Assembly (NCBI RefSeq): GCF_006345805.1
Contig: NC_042997.1
Location: 60,140,001 to 60,204,000, forward strand
Length of the DNA stretch: 64,000 bases
Reading direction: 5' to 3'
Origin: Octopus sinensis
Lineage: Eukaryota
Of this stretch, positions 1 through 11,784 are shown in pieces (the stretch's first letter is position 1; the number at the start of each line of letters is the position of its first letter). Made by a program: the position numbers and the translations under genes. Below the pieces are notes generated by a model, which was not told where the DNA came from, made no database searches, and saw only the letters and a list, made by a program, of their open reading frames with translations.

Positions 1-799
1 GTAGCTTCTGCAGCCGTCGAAAGGGCATCGTGTCTAGAAAATCCTATCACTCTAAATTGCAAATAACCAGAAAAGGCAAAGTGGAGACCTAATCTTCCTG
101 GCCAACATTTCGTGACTTAATGCTATGATAAACTCCACAGTCTTTAACATATCGATCAGTTTAAAACCATCACTTGAGCTCGAGAGTCCTAACTAAATAT
201 TTAGGTAGGTGCTAATGTGCTTTATATTAAAATTCCACCCGAGCTTAGAAGAAATAAACAATAGCTGAAATATCAGTTCTGATCCAAAAGGTAGGGGAGA
301 TAACACCAAAATTTCAATGATTGAAAATAAATTAGGAATGTCTCTTAAAATCCTAATAGTTCTCATTGGGTCATAAATAAGGTTCCTGCTTCTATTTGAT
401 TATAGAAATTCACTAAACGGTTGTCTCCCTCAAAGAATGTGTGTAGGTGATTTGATCAAATAATAGTTCATTGAGAGATTAATCTTCCTCGGACGATAAA
501 TACAAAAAATATAATTGACGTTAAAGACAATAATGATAATATCGATGAAAGTATGTTTCACCAGATCCTAGAAATAAAGTAACAACAAATGGGTATATTT
601 CAGTTTTATTAAATCACCTCAGCGAAGTATAGTCAATAGCGGTGCTGCCAAACAAGGGTTCAGAGATATATAGGTTTTGTGAAAAACCGCTGATAACTTT
701 AAAATAAGTAATAAGGATATTTCATCAACTTTTAGTAAAGTTGGCATCGTTGAAAACATTCGGAACTGAGCCCATTTTGAAAACAACGCAATTCGCTTC

Positions 800-1330
800 A
801 TTGTGTAGTGGAACGTATTTGTTTTACTGCTGTGTCGACACTAAAAATACTTTATATCTATTTCCTTCTCATTTTTTGCCTAGCCACAACCGTCTCTGTT
901 ACCCACTGGTATGTTCGAGTAACATACCTTACAATACACCCGACTGATTAAATCACCATGTACTTAAAGAAAGCTAACTGGTCAGAGCTTCCCCATTCTC
1001 TGCTGATGTACGCTTAGCCTTCGACTTACCTGAAACATCTAAGCAGGTGACCGAAAAGATCCTCATAGATATGTATTTCCAAATACCTATCTCGGCCAAA
1101 TCCGGTAACCAAAATACCCATATGCTTCTTTCGCAGTTACGGTATAACAATACAGGTGAAAGATACTGCCTATCACGTTCACAGAGTAACCAAGTTCGAA
1201 GTTTTCCATTCGCTTCAATCCAACATTAAAGGAGAAACGCTACTGTTTCTCTCATTCCCATCAAGGTCAACTGTCACTCCTAATTATCAACTTCATTTCT
1301 AGCATCTCAAAAATGAAAGGGAAGATTACA
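800..1330 (+). mobile_element. Highly degraded CR1/Jockey-like LINE fragment (linker region after the endonuclease)
   Basis: Broken translation YLKKANWSELPH...QVTEKILIDMYFQIP resembles CR1-type ORF2 linker; boundaries approximate. Confidence 0.3.
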
Positions 1331-2139
1331 AGTAACCATTTCCTCTAAAGAAATATACTTCATTCCTAAAAAAGATCATATCAGTGAAGGAAAGAATGAA
1401 AATACTGAATGTGTCGAGAAACTGTCGAGGTCTGACTGAGTCTATTTCCTTCTCGTCCACTGCAGTTACCGCCAGAACTACAAGAATATTGGGGAGAAGA
1501 AAGAGTAAAACATATCCATGCTGTGACACTGCAGTCCATACGATTCAGTGCATGTCAGAGTGTACAGAAATATTCCAGCCCGGCGGTAGCATGGAATATG
1601 TGGAGGAACACATCTATATGTTTGTTTAGTCGATTGGCTGACTATTTACCGTAAGTATACTACATATAAAAATATGTTGGTGAAGTTGGGATAAAAATCA
1701 ACAGCAATAACAACAAATTTCATCCTGATCACTTGCTGAACGCTTATAAAGCTTTGCATCTATAGTCAAGCATAACAGCTCACATATTTGATATAATACA
1801 TGATATGATAGTTGTTTTGAACATATGTCACAGACCATTTCGGTAGCGGGGAAAGGCAAAGTTAACACCAGTGATATATATGGAAGTCAGTAAGAATGGT
1901 GTGTGAGACATCAAGACGATGCTAAAAGAAAAAAAAAAACCCGGAATACCATGCAATTATTTCTACGCCATAACCAATAAACAGAAGAGAGTTAAAATGT
2001 GAGGAATAGGGATACCTACGTTTCTCACTCACAATACGAAATTAATTACATTCTATCCTTGTTTGTTTATTTTTGATTGATTTGTTTGTTTTTACCCTTG
2101 TCATCTCTATGGGAGGGTGTTGCTTCAAGATACAAACAT

Positions 2140-2178
2140 TACGAGTGGGTGCTGGAACCTTTCAGTACCCCCCTCGTA
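2140..2178. mobile_element. 39-bp mariner micro-MITE (two fused TIRs)
   Basis: TACGAGTGGGTGCTGGAA-CC-TTTCAGTACCCCCCTCGTA: imperfect palindrome with TA ends, same TIR as the element at 10677-10890. Confidence 0.7.
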
Positions 2179-2224
2179 TAGAACACATTCTTGGTCATAT
2201 TCGGATAACTCGAAAGATTCACTC

Positions 2225-2432
2225 CGCGGTACGCTGCAACCCCTTGCACCCAGAGGCACTTCCCATTGTGTTATCTACCTCTAGTGGAACTAGCTTTTCA
2301 CTTACACTGTCTTACTCAATCCTTTATTCCTGAAATTATTCTGGAATTCTTTCCTATCACACGTTTTCGCTGCAGAGATCATTCTAAAGATGTTCAAACT
2401 GCATAATAATCATATTAATTTCTCCAGCATAG
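2225..2432 (+). mobile_element. Degraded CR1-like LINE 3' end
   Basis: Broken translation LQPLAPR...SFIP..WNS.P..VF...MFK, typical of the ORF2 C-terminus. Confidence 0.35.
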
Positions 2433-2849
2433 AAAAAATTAACTAACTTATAAAACAGCTCTTGCTTCCAACTCTATAATAGCTCTACGTGAAACCCTTA
2501 AAAATTAAAGTAACCGGTTCACCTATTGTAAAGATGCGACATTGCTTACATGATAAAAGGAAAATTTAGTCATAATAACAATATCCATGTATGTTTCAAG
2601 ACAACGCATTTTGTGGAAATATTTAGTCGAGTAAATTAACCAGGAGTATATCATTGATACTTCTTTCATCGACCGTTGGGGATGAAATACAATGTTGACA
2701 CTAACTGGTTTCGAACTTAGATCGTAAAGTAACATAGCTAAATACCTCAAATACGTTTTACTGATGCTCTAAATGTTATGCCAATCACACTCCTTGTGAT
2801 TACAAGAATCCTGGAGCCAGGATCGTTATTTTCTTAACGGAAATAAACA

Positions 2850-3014
2850 GCAAATTAAATTGACTCAAGTGCTTGGCTGCTACTTATTTTATGAAACCCC
2901 GAAGAACGAAAGGCAAAGTTTGTCCCCAACGGAAAAATTTAAACATTGAAAGCAATAAATTCTAACACCAGCAATACATTTTGTCAGATGCCCTAATATT
3001 TCTCTTGCCCACCA
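2850..3014 (-). repeat. Old degenerate tRNA-SINE (family A)
   Basis: Diverged match to ttattttatcgaccccgaaaggatgaaaggcaaag core. Confidence 0.5.
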
Positions 3015-3044
3015 CATATTCAAATTTAATAATAATTTCTTATA

Positions 3045-3230
3045 TTTATTTATTTATTGTGCACAGGGAGCTAAACATAGAGGGGACAAACAAGGGCAGA
3101 CAAAGGGTTTCAATCGATTACATCGACCCCAATACATAACTGGTACTTATTTAATCGACCCCGAAAGGATGAAAAGAAAAGTCGACCTCGGCGGTGTTTA
3201 AACTCAGAACGTAACGGCAGACGAAATACC
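3045..3230 (-). mobile_element. tRNA-SINE family A, headless body plus tail type 1
   Basis: Core gaccccgaaaggatgaaaagaaaagtcgacctcggcgg...aactcagaac shared with 9492-9698, 42451-42660 and 47139-47350; begins at internal GGTATTTCGTC on the minus strand. Confidence 0.85.
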
Positions 3231-5715
3231 AATTTCTTTATTGCCCACAAGGGGCCAAACACAGAAATGGACAAAACAACTGATTGGGATCAGTAATACG
3301 TTATGATTTTACATAAAATATGAATATAAAAATTATATAAAACAAAAAAACAATCGAATGAAATTAACCATGTAGAGACAACACAAATGTAGCGATGATC
3401 AGGCCACGCTTCGACCCCACAAGTCCCGATCTATCGCTGGTACCTTTTTTGTTGTTCTTTTATAGCCTATTCACACGGTTCCTTGCACGCACAACACTCA
3501 TACAACATGCTTCCATCTCTTTATGAACATACTCTCCGACATCACCTCTTCTCCAGGCACACCTTCCTTTTCAAATGAAAAGTAAAAAATGATCGTAAAT
3601 CGTGGCCGGAGACAAAGTTGCCTGTTTTAATCCCTTTTATCATAGTCTTCCATACTGCCTCTTTCACTATTGCTACAACCGTGAGAAAACAATTCTCACC
3701 TTGGTTTGTTAAAACTTCCTGTGGGTCAATTTTTATAATTGACTCAGTCGACAGCCGTACTCTTCCTTCGCCGGACAACAGGTGTTCAGCATAAATCCAC
3801 ATTTCAGATATCTCTGGACACTGGAAAATAGTGTGAGAGACGGTTTCCCTGCCTGTCTCCCCCGCATCTTAGACAGGTCGGAGATTGACGCTTACCATGT
3901 CTTGCACTCTTATCCCAAACGGGCAAGGCACCTGTGTAACATTATCAAGTCAAGGTCTTTTGGAAGTTGTCCAACGTTCTCAACCCGAATGTACGATGGA
4001 ACAGGCTGTCCAGCTGAATATACCCTAGACCTAGAGTCGCCCCCAGGCCATCGTCACATTCAGACTCTACCAACCCACTATATAAAATTCATGTGGCGCC
4101 CCCACCGCTGGCGTTGCCCGAGCGCCGGATTAGCTGGAGGGCCTCACGGCACTCTTTATGCCATTCACTCGATCTCGGTCTACGAGAACACTAGGCATCC
4201 TGTTCGCAAAAACTTTTGAACTCGGGGAATATTTGTCTGGCCAGCGGAGACCATAACCGTTCACCATCCAGGAGAATCCAGAGATGCCTCAACCTCAACG
4301 CATGCCTGCGCATCATTAACCAAGGCATCTCTAAACCTCCCTTTAACGGCTTTTGACAACAGACAGAGCATTTCACAAATGGTGACCTGCCCTTCCACAA
4401 AAAGCGAAAGCGCTGTCTCTCCAACCTGATCAACCACAAATCTGGACAGGGCACGACGGTCAGTAATGACAGATGCGATAAACACATTGGCTACCTCCGC
4501 CTTCCCTTTCAGGGATAGCCACCACCAAGACCAGGTCTTGACTACTGTAGCCACCCTACTCGAAACCTCCGTCCAGTTCTTCTCTATCTGGAGGCCTGGT
4601 CCAAATCAGACTTATAGCAAGTTAACCAGTCCCTCTCTCCAGCGCCCAACAACGCTGTCTAAAAGCATCAACTGACCAACCCAGGTGCCGAGCTGCAAGC
4701 CGACCGACTTTTTCCGGTTAATCTTTGCTCCTGTCACCGTCTCGTAAACCTCAATAGCCTTACCCACTTCACGCAGGCGTGCTATTGTGGTTACGCTGAT
4801 AGTGATATCGTCCGCGTAAGCTATAACAAACTTCTCTAAACCTGGTTCTCTCGGGATGCCACTCAACCTTCGCAGTAGCGGCTCAAGAGCTACCACATAC
4901 AAAAGTGGTGAGAGCGGACATCCTTGACGAACCGAGTGCCTGATGCAGAACGGCTTCGAAAGGAAATCGTTCACCCGAACTATCGAGTCAATGTTGTAAC
5001 ACAAAGCGATAAACCACCTGAGGAAGTCACGGCCCAGGCCGAACTGCGTGAGCTCAGTCGCCAGGTATCGATGGTCAACCTTATCAAAAGCTTTAGACTA
5101 ATCCAAGTGTACTAATACCCCACATTTGTCAGTTTTATCACCAACCCTCTCTATGGTATAGCGAATAAGGTAGAGATTATTTTGAATAGTTCTGCCTCGG
5201 ATGGCATATGTGTGTGCCTCCCCTACTATACCATTCTCTACACGCGCCAACCTTTTTGCTAAGACCTTGGCGAAAATCTTCACTTCTTCGTTTAACAGTG
5301 TGATGGGCCTGAAGTTATCTAAAACGTCACCCTTGTCCGGGTCCTTTCTGACCAACGTTACTACTCCCCGACGCACAGATCTGGAGATAAATCCATTCTG
5401 TTGCCAGTTTGCATACATGTCAGCTAGTAAGTACCCGAACAATCTGGTATACATTTATACAGCTCGTACAGAAGACCATTAAGTCCCGGCGACTTACCCG
5501 CTTTACAGTCGGCCATAGCCTCCATCACCTCCATAGGCGTGATCGGCTCTTCGCAAGACTCCGCATCCGACCCCGAGAGGCACGGCAGCTCGGCAAGAAA
5601 GTCCTCGAGGACTTCCCCACCATCAGGACCGCCAACACCCCCAAACAGCTGCGCGAATTACTCTTGAAAGGCCTCACACATTTCCTTGGGTTCATCATCG
5701 TAACCGACTTTCTAT
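3231..5715 (-). mobile_element. Tx1/L1-clade LINE ORF2 (RT and C-terminus) plus 3'UTR, with frameshifts and stops
   Basis: GKSPGLNGL, NFRPITLLN, KAFDKVDH, VRQGCPLSPLLY, AYADD, FLWKGR motifs; endonuclease domain absent. Confidence 0.92.
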
Positions 5716-6867
5716 ACGTGTTAAGTAATACATTATGAGTCTTTTTATCCATTTCGTAGAACTCGTAGTTCTTATATTTATCTGAAAGTTCTGCAATCCT
5801 AATGGCTGATTTTTTTCGCTTTTATTTCTCTCATTAAATCTTCATTTTTTGCTGTATAACGCGTCTATCCCTCTGTCTTCTGCTTCCTTCCTTACTATTT
5901 TTGGTTTGTCTCTTTTCACAGTTTTTTTTTGTCTTAGTTCGACCTGTTTTGGTTGATTTGAGCTTTCCATTTTTTTTGTTGTTAGTTGCTTTCTTTTTTC
6001 TGTTTCTCTCTCTCTTCTCACCATCGGATTCTTCCTCGCCGTCTCTACAGTGTTTTTTATATGGCCCAGCTGGCCACACTGGTAACATCGGGGCTTACGC
6101 CCCTCGACGAATACGTTAAGGAATTCCCTCCTAATTTCTATTTTCTCTGGTAACTGTTCTAAAATTGACTGTTCTGCTTGTATTAGGAGGTGAACCGTTT
6201 GACTGGTCCATTAAGCCTTTTCTGTGACGGTAGCCTTAAGGAGTGTTATATTATCTTCCTTTTTTGCCAGGACTGCCGTCATCAACCATAAAGGGTCGAC
6301 TTGAGGTGGGACCTTTGGTATACGCATCTTTGACGTCCTCATTACCAAATATATTGGAATTAAATAACGTCCTCCGTTTCTAAAGATTTAACTGAGTGCA
6401 TTTGTGCAGTTTCTATATCTTTTAGTCGTACTTCGATAGTACCAAACTTCTTCCGATGGGTTTCAAGCACTTCTCAACTTTCTCTTCTCTTACTCGATCA
6501 ATTTTTTTCCTTTTAGACAGTAAGATTTGAAAATAATTGATTTTCTTTTTTCTAACATTAATAGTTCTTCCGGAGGTTGAACTTTCACAACACTGTCTTC
6601 AATTGTTATCATATCTTTGTACTTTATCAGGTCATTTTTGTTTGTCGACAGCTGGCGGGTTCCACCTCCAACCGCCGACGCAAAACTTTTTTGTTTATTT
6701 TCTTCTGTTTGAAGGCTTTTCACGTCAATATCCCTCTTTGCAACAGTACACATTGATGGTTGGGGAAATTCACTTTCAGAAACATCCGAAATATCACCAA
6801 ATATTAAACTTTCAATATTTTTTGCCTCCCTTTCAGTTGAAATACATTTGTGGTTGCGTACAGTCAA
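5716..6867 (-). mobile_element. LINE ORF1 (gag-like) remnant with CCHC zinc knuckle
   Basis: VFVEGRKPRCYQCGQLGHIK(K)HC near 6048-6115 (one frameshift) = C-x2-C-x4-H-x4-C; SFASAV motif; K/E-rich segment. Confidence 0.7.
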
Positions 6868-7279
6868 TTAATTCGAGGGTAGCATTTAGCAAATATTTAT
6901 TTTATCGAGTACGGAAAGTTACGAGGCAATATCAACCATGTGAGATTTGAACTCAGAACATAACTAAAAGATATATAATCCAACGCTTCACTTCTACTAC
7001 TATCTTCCACTGTGATGAACAGGTAAAAAATGGTGAAAAAAATAATAAGAGGTAAAAGAATATCTCGCAGAGCATGATGATGAAACGCAGTGTTGCTATC
7101 TCATTATATAATCTAGAACAAACATTAGGGTTCTTCTTATTTCAGGAATTCCATGAATACTAAGTAAATATGAAGCAAAAATGGATTAGCAAAGCTTGCA
7201 TATATTTTCACAACCTACTAAAACCACAATCACAATGCTGACACTCACACACACATACGCGTATATATTTGTATGATTC

Positions 7280-7318
7280 GTATGTATGTATGTATGTATG
7301 TATGTATGTATGTATGTA

Positions 7319-7349
<31 letters not shown>

Positions 7350-7389
7350 ATGCAGAGAGTAAAAGTGAAAGAGAGAGAGAGAGAGAGAG

Positions 7390-7451
<62 letters not shown>

Positions 7452-7465
7452 CAAGAAAGAAAGAG
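7280..7465. repeat. Compound microsatellite (TATG)n(TG)n(AG)n(AAAG)n
   Basis: Direct reading. Confidence 0.95.
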
Positions 7466-7724
7466 ACCCACCTCGATTCATGTTACGAACTAATTACAGT
7501 ATTAAATGTGCTTGGAAATAAGGAAGCACTACAGAATTGAACATAATCATTGTTTACGAATGTTTAGGAGACAAACCATAACAGTGAAGGTGTTTAGTTT
7601 TGGCAAATTGGTTGTGTGTAAAGAGATGGATGTTAATGTCTTTGTTAGTGTGTCCGCATGTTTTCTCTCTCTCTCACTCTCTCTTCATCTCTCTCATATA
7701 TGTATTCGTGTGTGTGTATGTATG

Positions 7725-7767
<43 letters not shown>

Positions 7768-7773
7768 TATAAT

Positions 7774-7810
7774 ACTAGACTACCTGTGACTCAACGGGTC
7801 ACTGACGGTT
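7774..7810 (-). mobile_element. Possible Helitron 3' terminus
   Basis: Minus strand GTGAC-ccgttga-GTCAC hairpin shortly before CTAG|T; other end not located. Confidence 0.35.
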
Positions 7811-8235
7811 GTGGTTATAAAACATTGAAGCAGATTTCAACATTGCATTGAAATGAAAATTAATTTAATGATGATTTAGTTAAATGTTTAAATATTTCAA
7901 TTCGTTCGTGTCAACATAGTTTACAAGTTCATGTTTAAGGTTTTATTGATTATTTACAGCATCTAATAGAAATTGAATTTGAACTCCAGTAACAGCATTT
8001 ATTTATGGCTTATGTGCAAACTTCTCCAAAAATGCAAAGGGGAAAAAATTGAAGGAAACACCTTTCACGGTATTATATATTCCCATTTCAGGGTTATGTT
8101 ACTTTCGGAGTATTTTCCTATTATACGCTGTTCTGGCTATTTATGAAGGTCCCTATTTAACCTTAAAATACGTCGTACATATTCAAAGAACCTTCTTGGT
8201 TTAGTGGTACGGAAAGTTTTTCTGGTATTTTTAAA

Positions 8236-8445
8236 TTCTTTTTCTTGTTTCAGTCATTTGATGGTGGCCATGCTGGATCACCACTCTTTAGTCGAAGAAA
8301 TTGTCCCCTGGACATATTCCCTGTAAGCCTAGTGCTTGTTCTATTAGTCTCTTCTGTTGAACAGCTAAATTATAGGGATGCAACCGCCCCAACATCAGTT
8401 GTCAAGCAATGGTGGTGGTGGGACAAACACAGACACAAAAACGAG
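8236..8445 (-). mobile_element. tRNA-SINE family B, 3' part
   Basis: cttgtttcagtcatttga...ggccatgctgga tail shared with 24774-25162. Confidence 0.8.
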
Positions 8446-9491
8446 TAATACTTTTATTCAGTTGTGAGGGCGATTTATCGGTTGAGTTGTTAAAGCAATA
8501 TCTTAGATTGGGTCCTTTAAGCATTCATCTTGTTCTTATGTAATGAATCAGTTTCTATTTGTGTTTTTATACCTTTTGATAAGCCACACCTCTTCTTTTC
8601 TTCTATCTTTGAGGCATTCTATTAAACAATTTAGGGGATTGAAGATATTTTATTATATTTTCACATTATTTAAAATAACTGTTTATAACATTGTCATGAA
8701 TATTTTCTTCCGTTAAAATCATATCGTTAAAATACATTCATTTCATTCAGATACTTATACTACTTTTAGTTTTCGCAGCTCTCCTGCTTGCATAGTTTGG
8801 AGAATTTTGTCTTTCTTTTTTCAATTTAACATGAAAAGGCTGCTGATATATGCCACGAAACTAACACATCTTTGGATTTTTGACTCAAATATATATTTTC
8901 TTATTTGTCAATTAAAAGTTAAAAGAGAAACTTCCAGTTAATTAATCTAATATGATGCTTTTGAAGTACTCCAGATTTTGTTCACGAGAGAATCTAGAAA
9001 ACAAGCTGAAGGTACAACTTCAAATATTGTTGGCAACATCACAGTGTCAACTTACAAAAACTAATGTAGGGTTTTAAAATCACGGACCCTTTTTTATATC
9101 TGTTTATTTTATCCCTATTATGATAATTACTGCAGAAAAAGCTAAAGCCCAACCACCGTCAAACCAGCTGTCCATCTTATATAAACAATGACGATCACAT
9201 CAATGATGTACTCGATTACCGCCCTTTCTTTTGAGACGCCTCGTCTATTTTCCTTTACAGCTGTCATGCGGAAATAAACTACCCATATGTGTTTACCCTA
9301 TCTCTCCTAGAGTAACGTGACTTACATGTCTTTCACTTAACTATTCCTGATCTCGGAGGATTCAGTTCTGTCGTTATCTATCCTTTGTTCAAAAGCAAAT
9401 TTTGAGAAAAACAAAATCAGGAAGTCATTTATAGTAGTTACGTTTGAACCTGCGTTTCTTATAAACTATTTTTATCACATGGAAATATTAA

Positions 9492-9698
9492 TTTCAAATT
9501 TTGGTACAAGGTCAGCAATTTCGGAAGTAGGTGTATGTTGATTACAGTTGACCCCAGTGCTCAACTGATACTTATTTTATCGACCCCGAAAGGATCTAAA
9601 GATGACCTCGGCGGAATTTGAACTCAAACATAAAGGTGGATGAAATGCCGCTAAACATTTTGCCCGATGTGCTAACGATTCTGCCAGTTCGCCGCCTT
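9492..9698 (-). mobile_element. tRNA-SINE family A, full length, tail type 2
   Basis: Head ggcggcgaactggcagaatcgttagc, B-box GAGTTCAAATTCC, tail gaccttgtaccaaaatttgaaa. Confidence 0.85.
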
Positions 9699-9862
9699 AT
9701 TACATGAAAATATTTCTAACATACATTTTTAATACAGTAATTTAATATATATAGAGAAACAGTTCCCTTTCGTATCCTGGTTTCAGCTTCAAGCCAACTT
9801 GGAAAGTATCTTTAACTGTTGCCTTGCGTCCATCAATTGTGAATGAAACGTATCTTCTTATA

Positions 9863-10315
9863 TCTTTTAATTGCTTTAGTCATTGGACTGTGGCCATGTT
9901 GGAGTACTGTGATGAAGGGATTTTAGTCGAACATCTCGACCCAGAACCTATTATTTTTTAAAGCCCGGTACTAATTCTATCGTCCCTTTTGCAGAACTGC
10001 TAAGCCACGAGGATGTAAACACACCAACACTGGTTGTGAAGTTGTGGTAGGTAATAAGCACAAAGGAACAAACATACATAATTACATATACGCAAACACA
10101 ACATACACATACACACACACAAACACATATACACGCAAACACACAAATATATATATGATGGGCTTCTTTCAGTTTCCTTCTACCAAATCCACTCACAAAG
10201 TTTTGGTAACCGGGGCTATTGTTGAGGACACTTGACCGAGATAACAAGCAGTGGGTCTAAGACTGGACCATGTGGTTGGGAAGCAGGCTTCTTATCGCGC
10301 AGCCATGCCTGCGCC
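9863..10315 (-). mobile_element. tRNA-SINE family B, full length
   Basis: Head ggcgcaggcatggctgcgcg..., internal (TG)n, tail matching the other copies. Confidence 0.85.
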
Positions 10316-10676
10316 TAATAGTAAACAGAAATTGCACGAAACCTGTCAGAGAGACCGTTCGTATTCTTAATTGATAGACTTAATCCGTCACTCGGTTTAA
10401 TCCAACAATTTGTCCCTTAGTTACATTCAGCGGACTTATGGCAATTCTGTTGCACTCACTGAGGCCATCCTTCCATCAGTCTCAAGGGAACTAAGAAGAG
10501 TTCTAAGTGCCCTATTGATGTAATAAAAAATATAGAGCCCTCGTCAGAAACAATTCGTCACAAGTCGAATACAACATGTTTAGAATAACAGAACCCATTA
10601 CATTTTCCCTAAGCCATAATTGCCCCAGCAAAATCTTTACTTTAACTCACTTGAAATATTAAACATTGTATGTATG

Positions 10677-10890
10677 TACGTGTGGGTGCTGAAAAGTCTC
10701 TGGATATAAGGGTATCTCAAAAGGCCTCTTTGAAGGCCCAACCTTCCGAATTCTTTTACAGGGCTTAGAAAAACTGAAGGACTACATCAATCAATGTGTG
10801 AATCTGAGAGGGGAATATGTTGAATAAAATCATAATCAACTGATCCTCCTGTATTATACCCAAATCAAAGATTTTTCAGGACCCCCTCGT
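10677..10890 (+). mobile_element. Internally deleted mariner (MITE)
   Basis: TIRs tacgtgtgggtgctgaaaag / tttttcaggaccccctcgt; residual transposase C-terminus FTGLEKLKDYINQCVNLRGEYVE*. Confidence 0.85.
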
Positions 10891-10986
10891 GTATGTATGT
10901 ATGTATGTATGTATGTATGTATGTATGTATGTATGTATGTATGTATGTATGTATGTATGTATGTATGTATGTATGTATGTATGTAT
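10891..10986. repeat. (TATG)n microsatellite
   Basis: Direct reading. Confidence 0.95.
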
Positions 10987-11784
10987 ATTTGTTTGTATGT
11001 ATGGGGGTGAATGTTTTATATATATATGTCCGTGTACAGATATGTATGTGAATGTAGATGTAAGCATGATTATCTGTGCATATGCATCTGTGTGTGTGTG
11101 CGCGCACGCGAGGACATATGTTAGAATTCAACTCTATCTTTCATGCTTCTTGTCTCTTTTTCTTGTATGCTAAACTTTTGCAACCAGACCCTCTAGACAC
11201 TCATGCTTATCTATTATGGCATAGCGTACACAGGTATTTCAAGCACCATATGACAGATCTCTTTGGTCTAAGTTGTCTGCCACCTGATTTTCATTTTTAT
11301 ATAATTTCCCCAACTGATAAATAGAATCTAAGCTACTGGGATACCAAGATTAGGAATATTAATCTACACAATTTGAGAACCTGTTTTCCATATAGATCCC
11401 ACTATAACAGAACAGTTTCACGCGATGAAAATCTTCAGTAGTCTGGCAAGATATTTCTCGAGATACTTTATAGCAGACACACTGTTTCTTTATCTAGAAG
11501 TGTAGGTTGCGGATGGCGCTGCCAATTCATAAAACCTACCGCATTAATCAATTCTCTGCAGTACATGCCGTAAGTCCAGAAGCACATCACACAACCATGT
11601 GGTTTATGGGGCAATTGATGGGTGCGCGCAAAATATTGCAATCTAGGAGGGCGTACGATTCCCATTTAAGCGTTCCTTCAAGAAACCTCAGAATTCCCTT
11701 GATTTATATCCAAGCCTTCTCAACGAATCGCCTGACGGATTATAGCAACAATTCTATCATCAAAATACCACGAATTTTGAAAGC

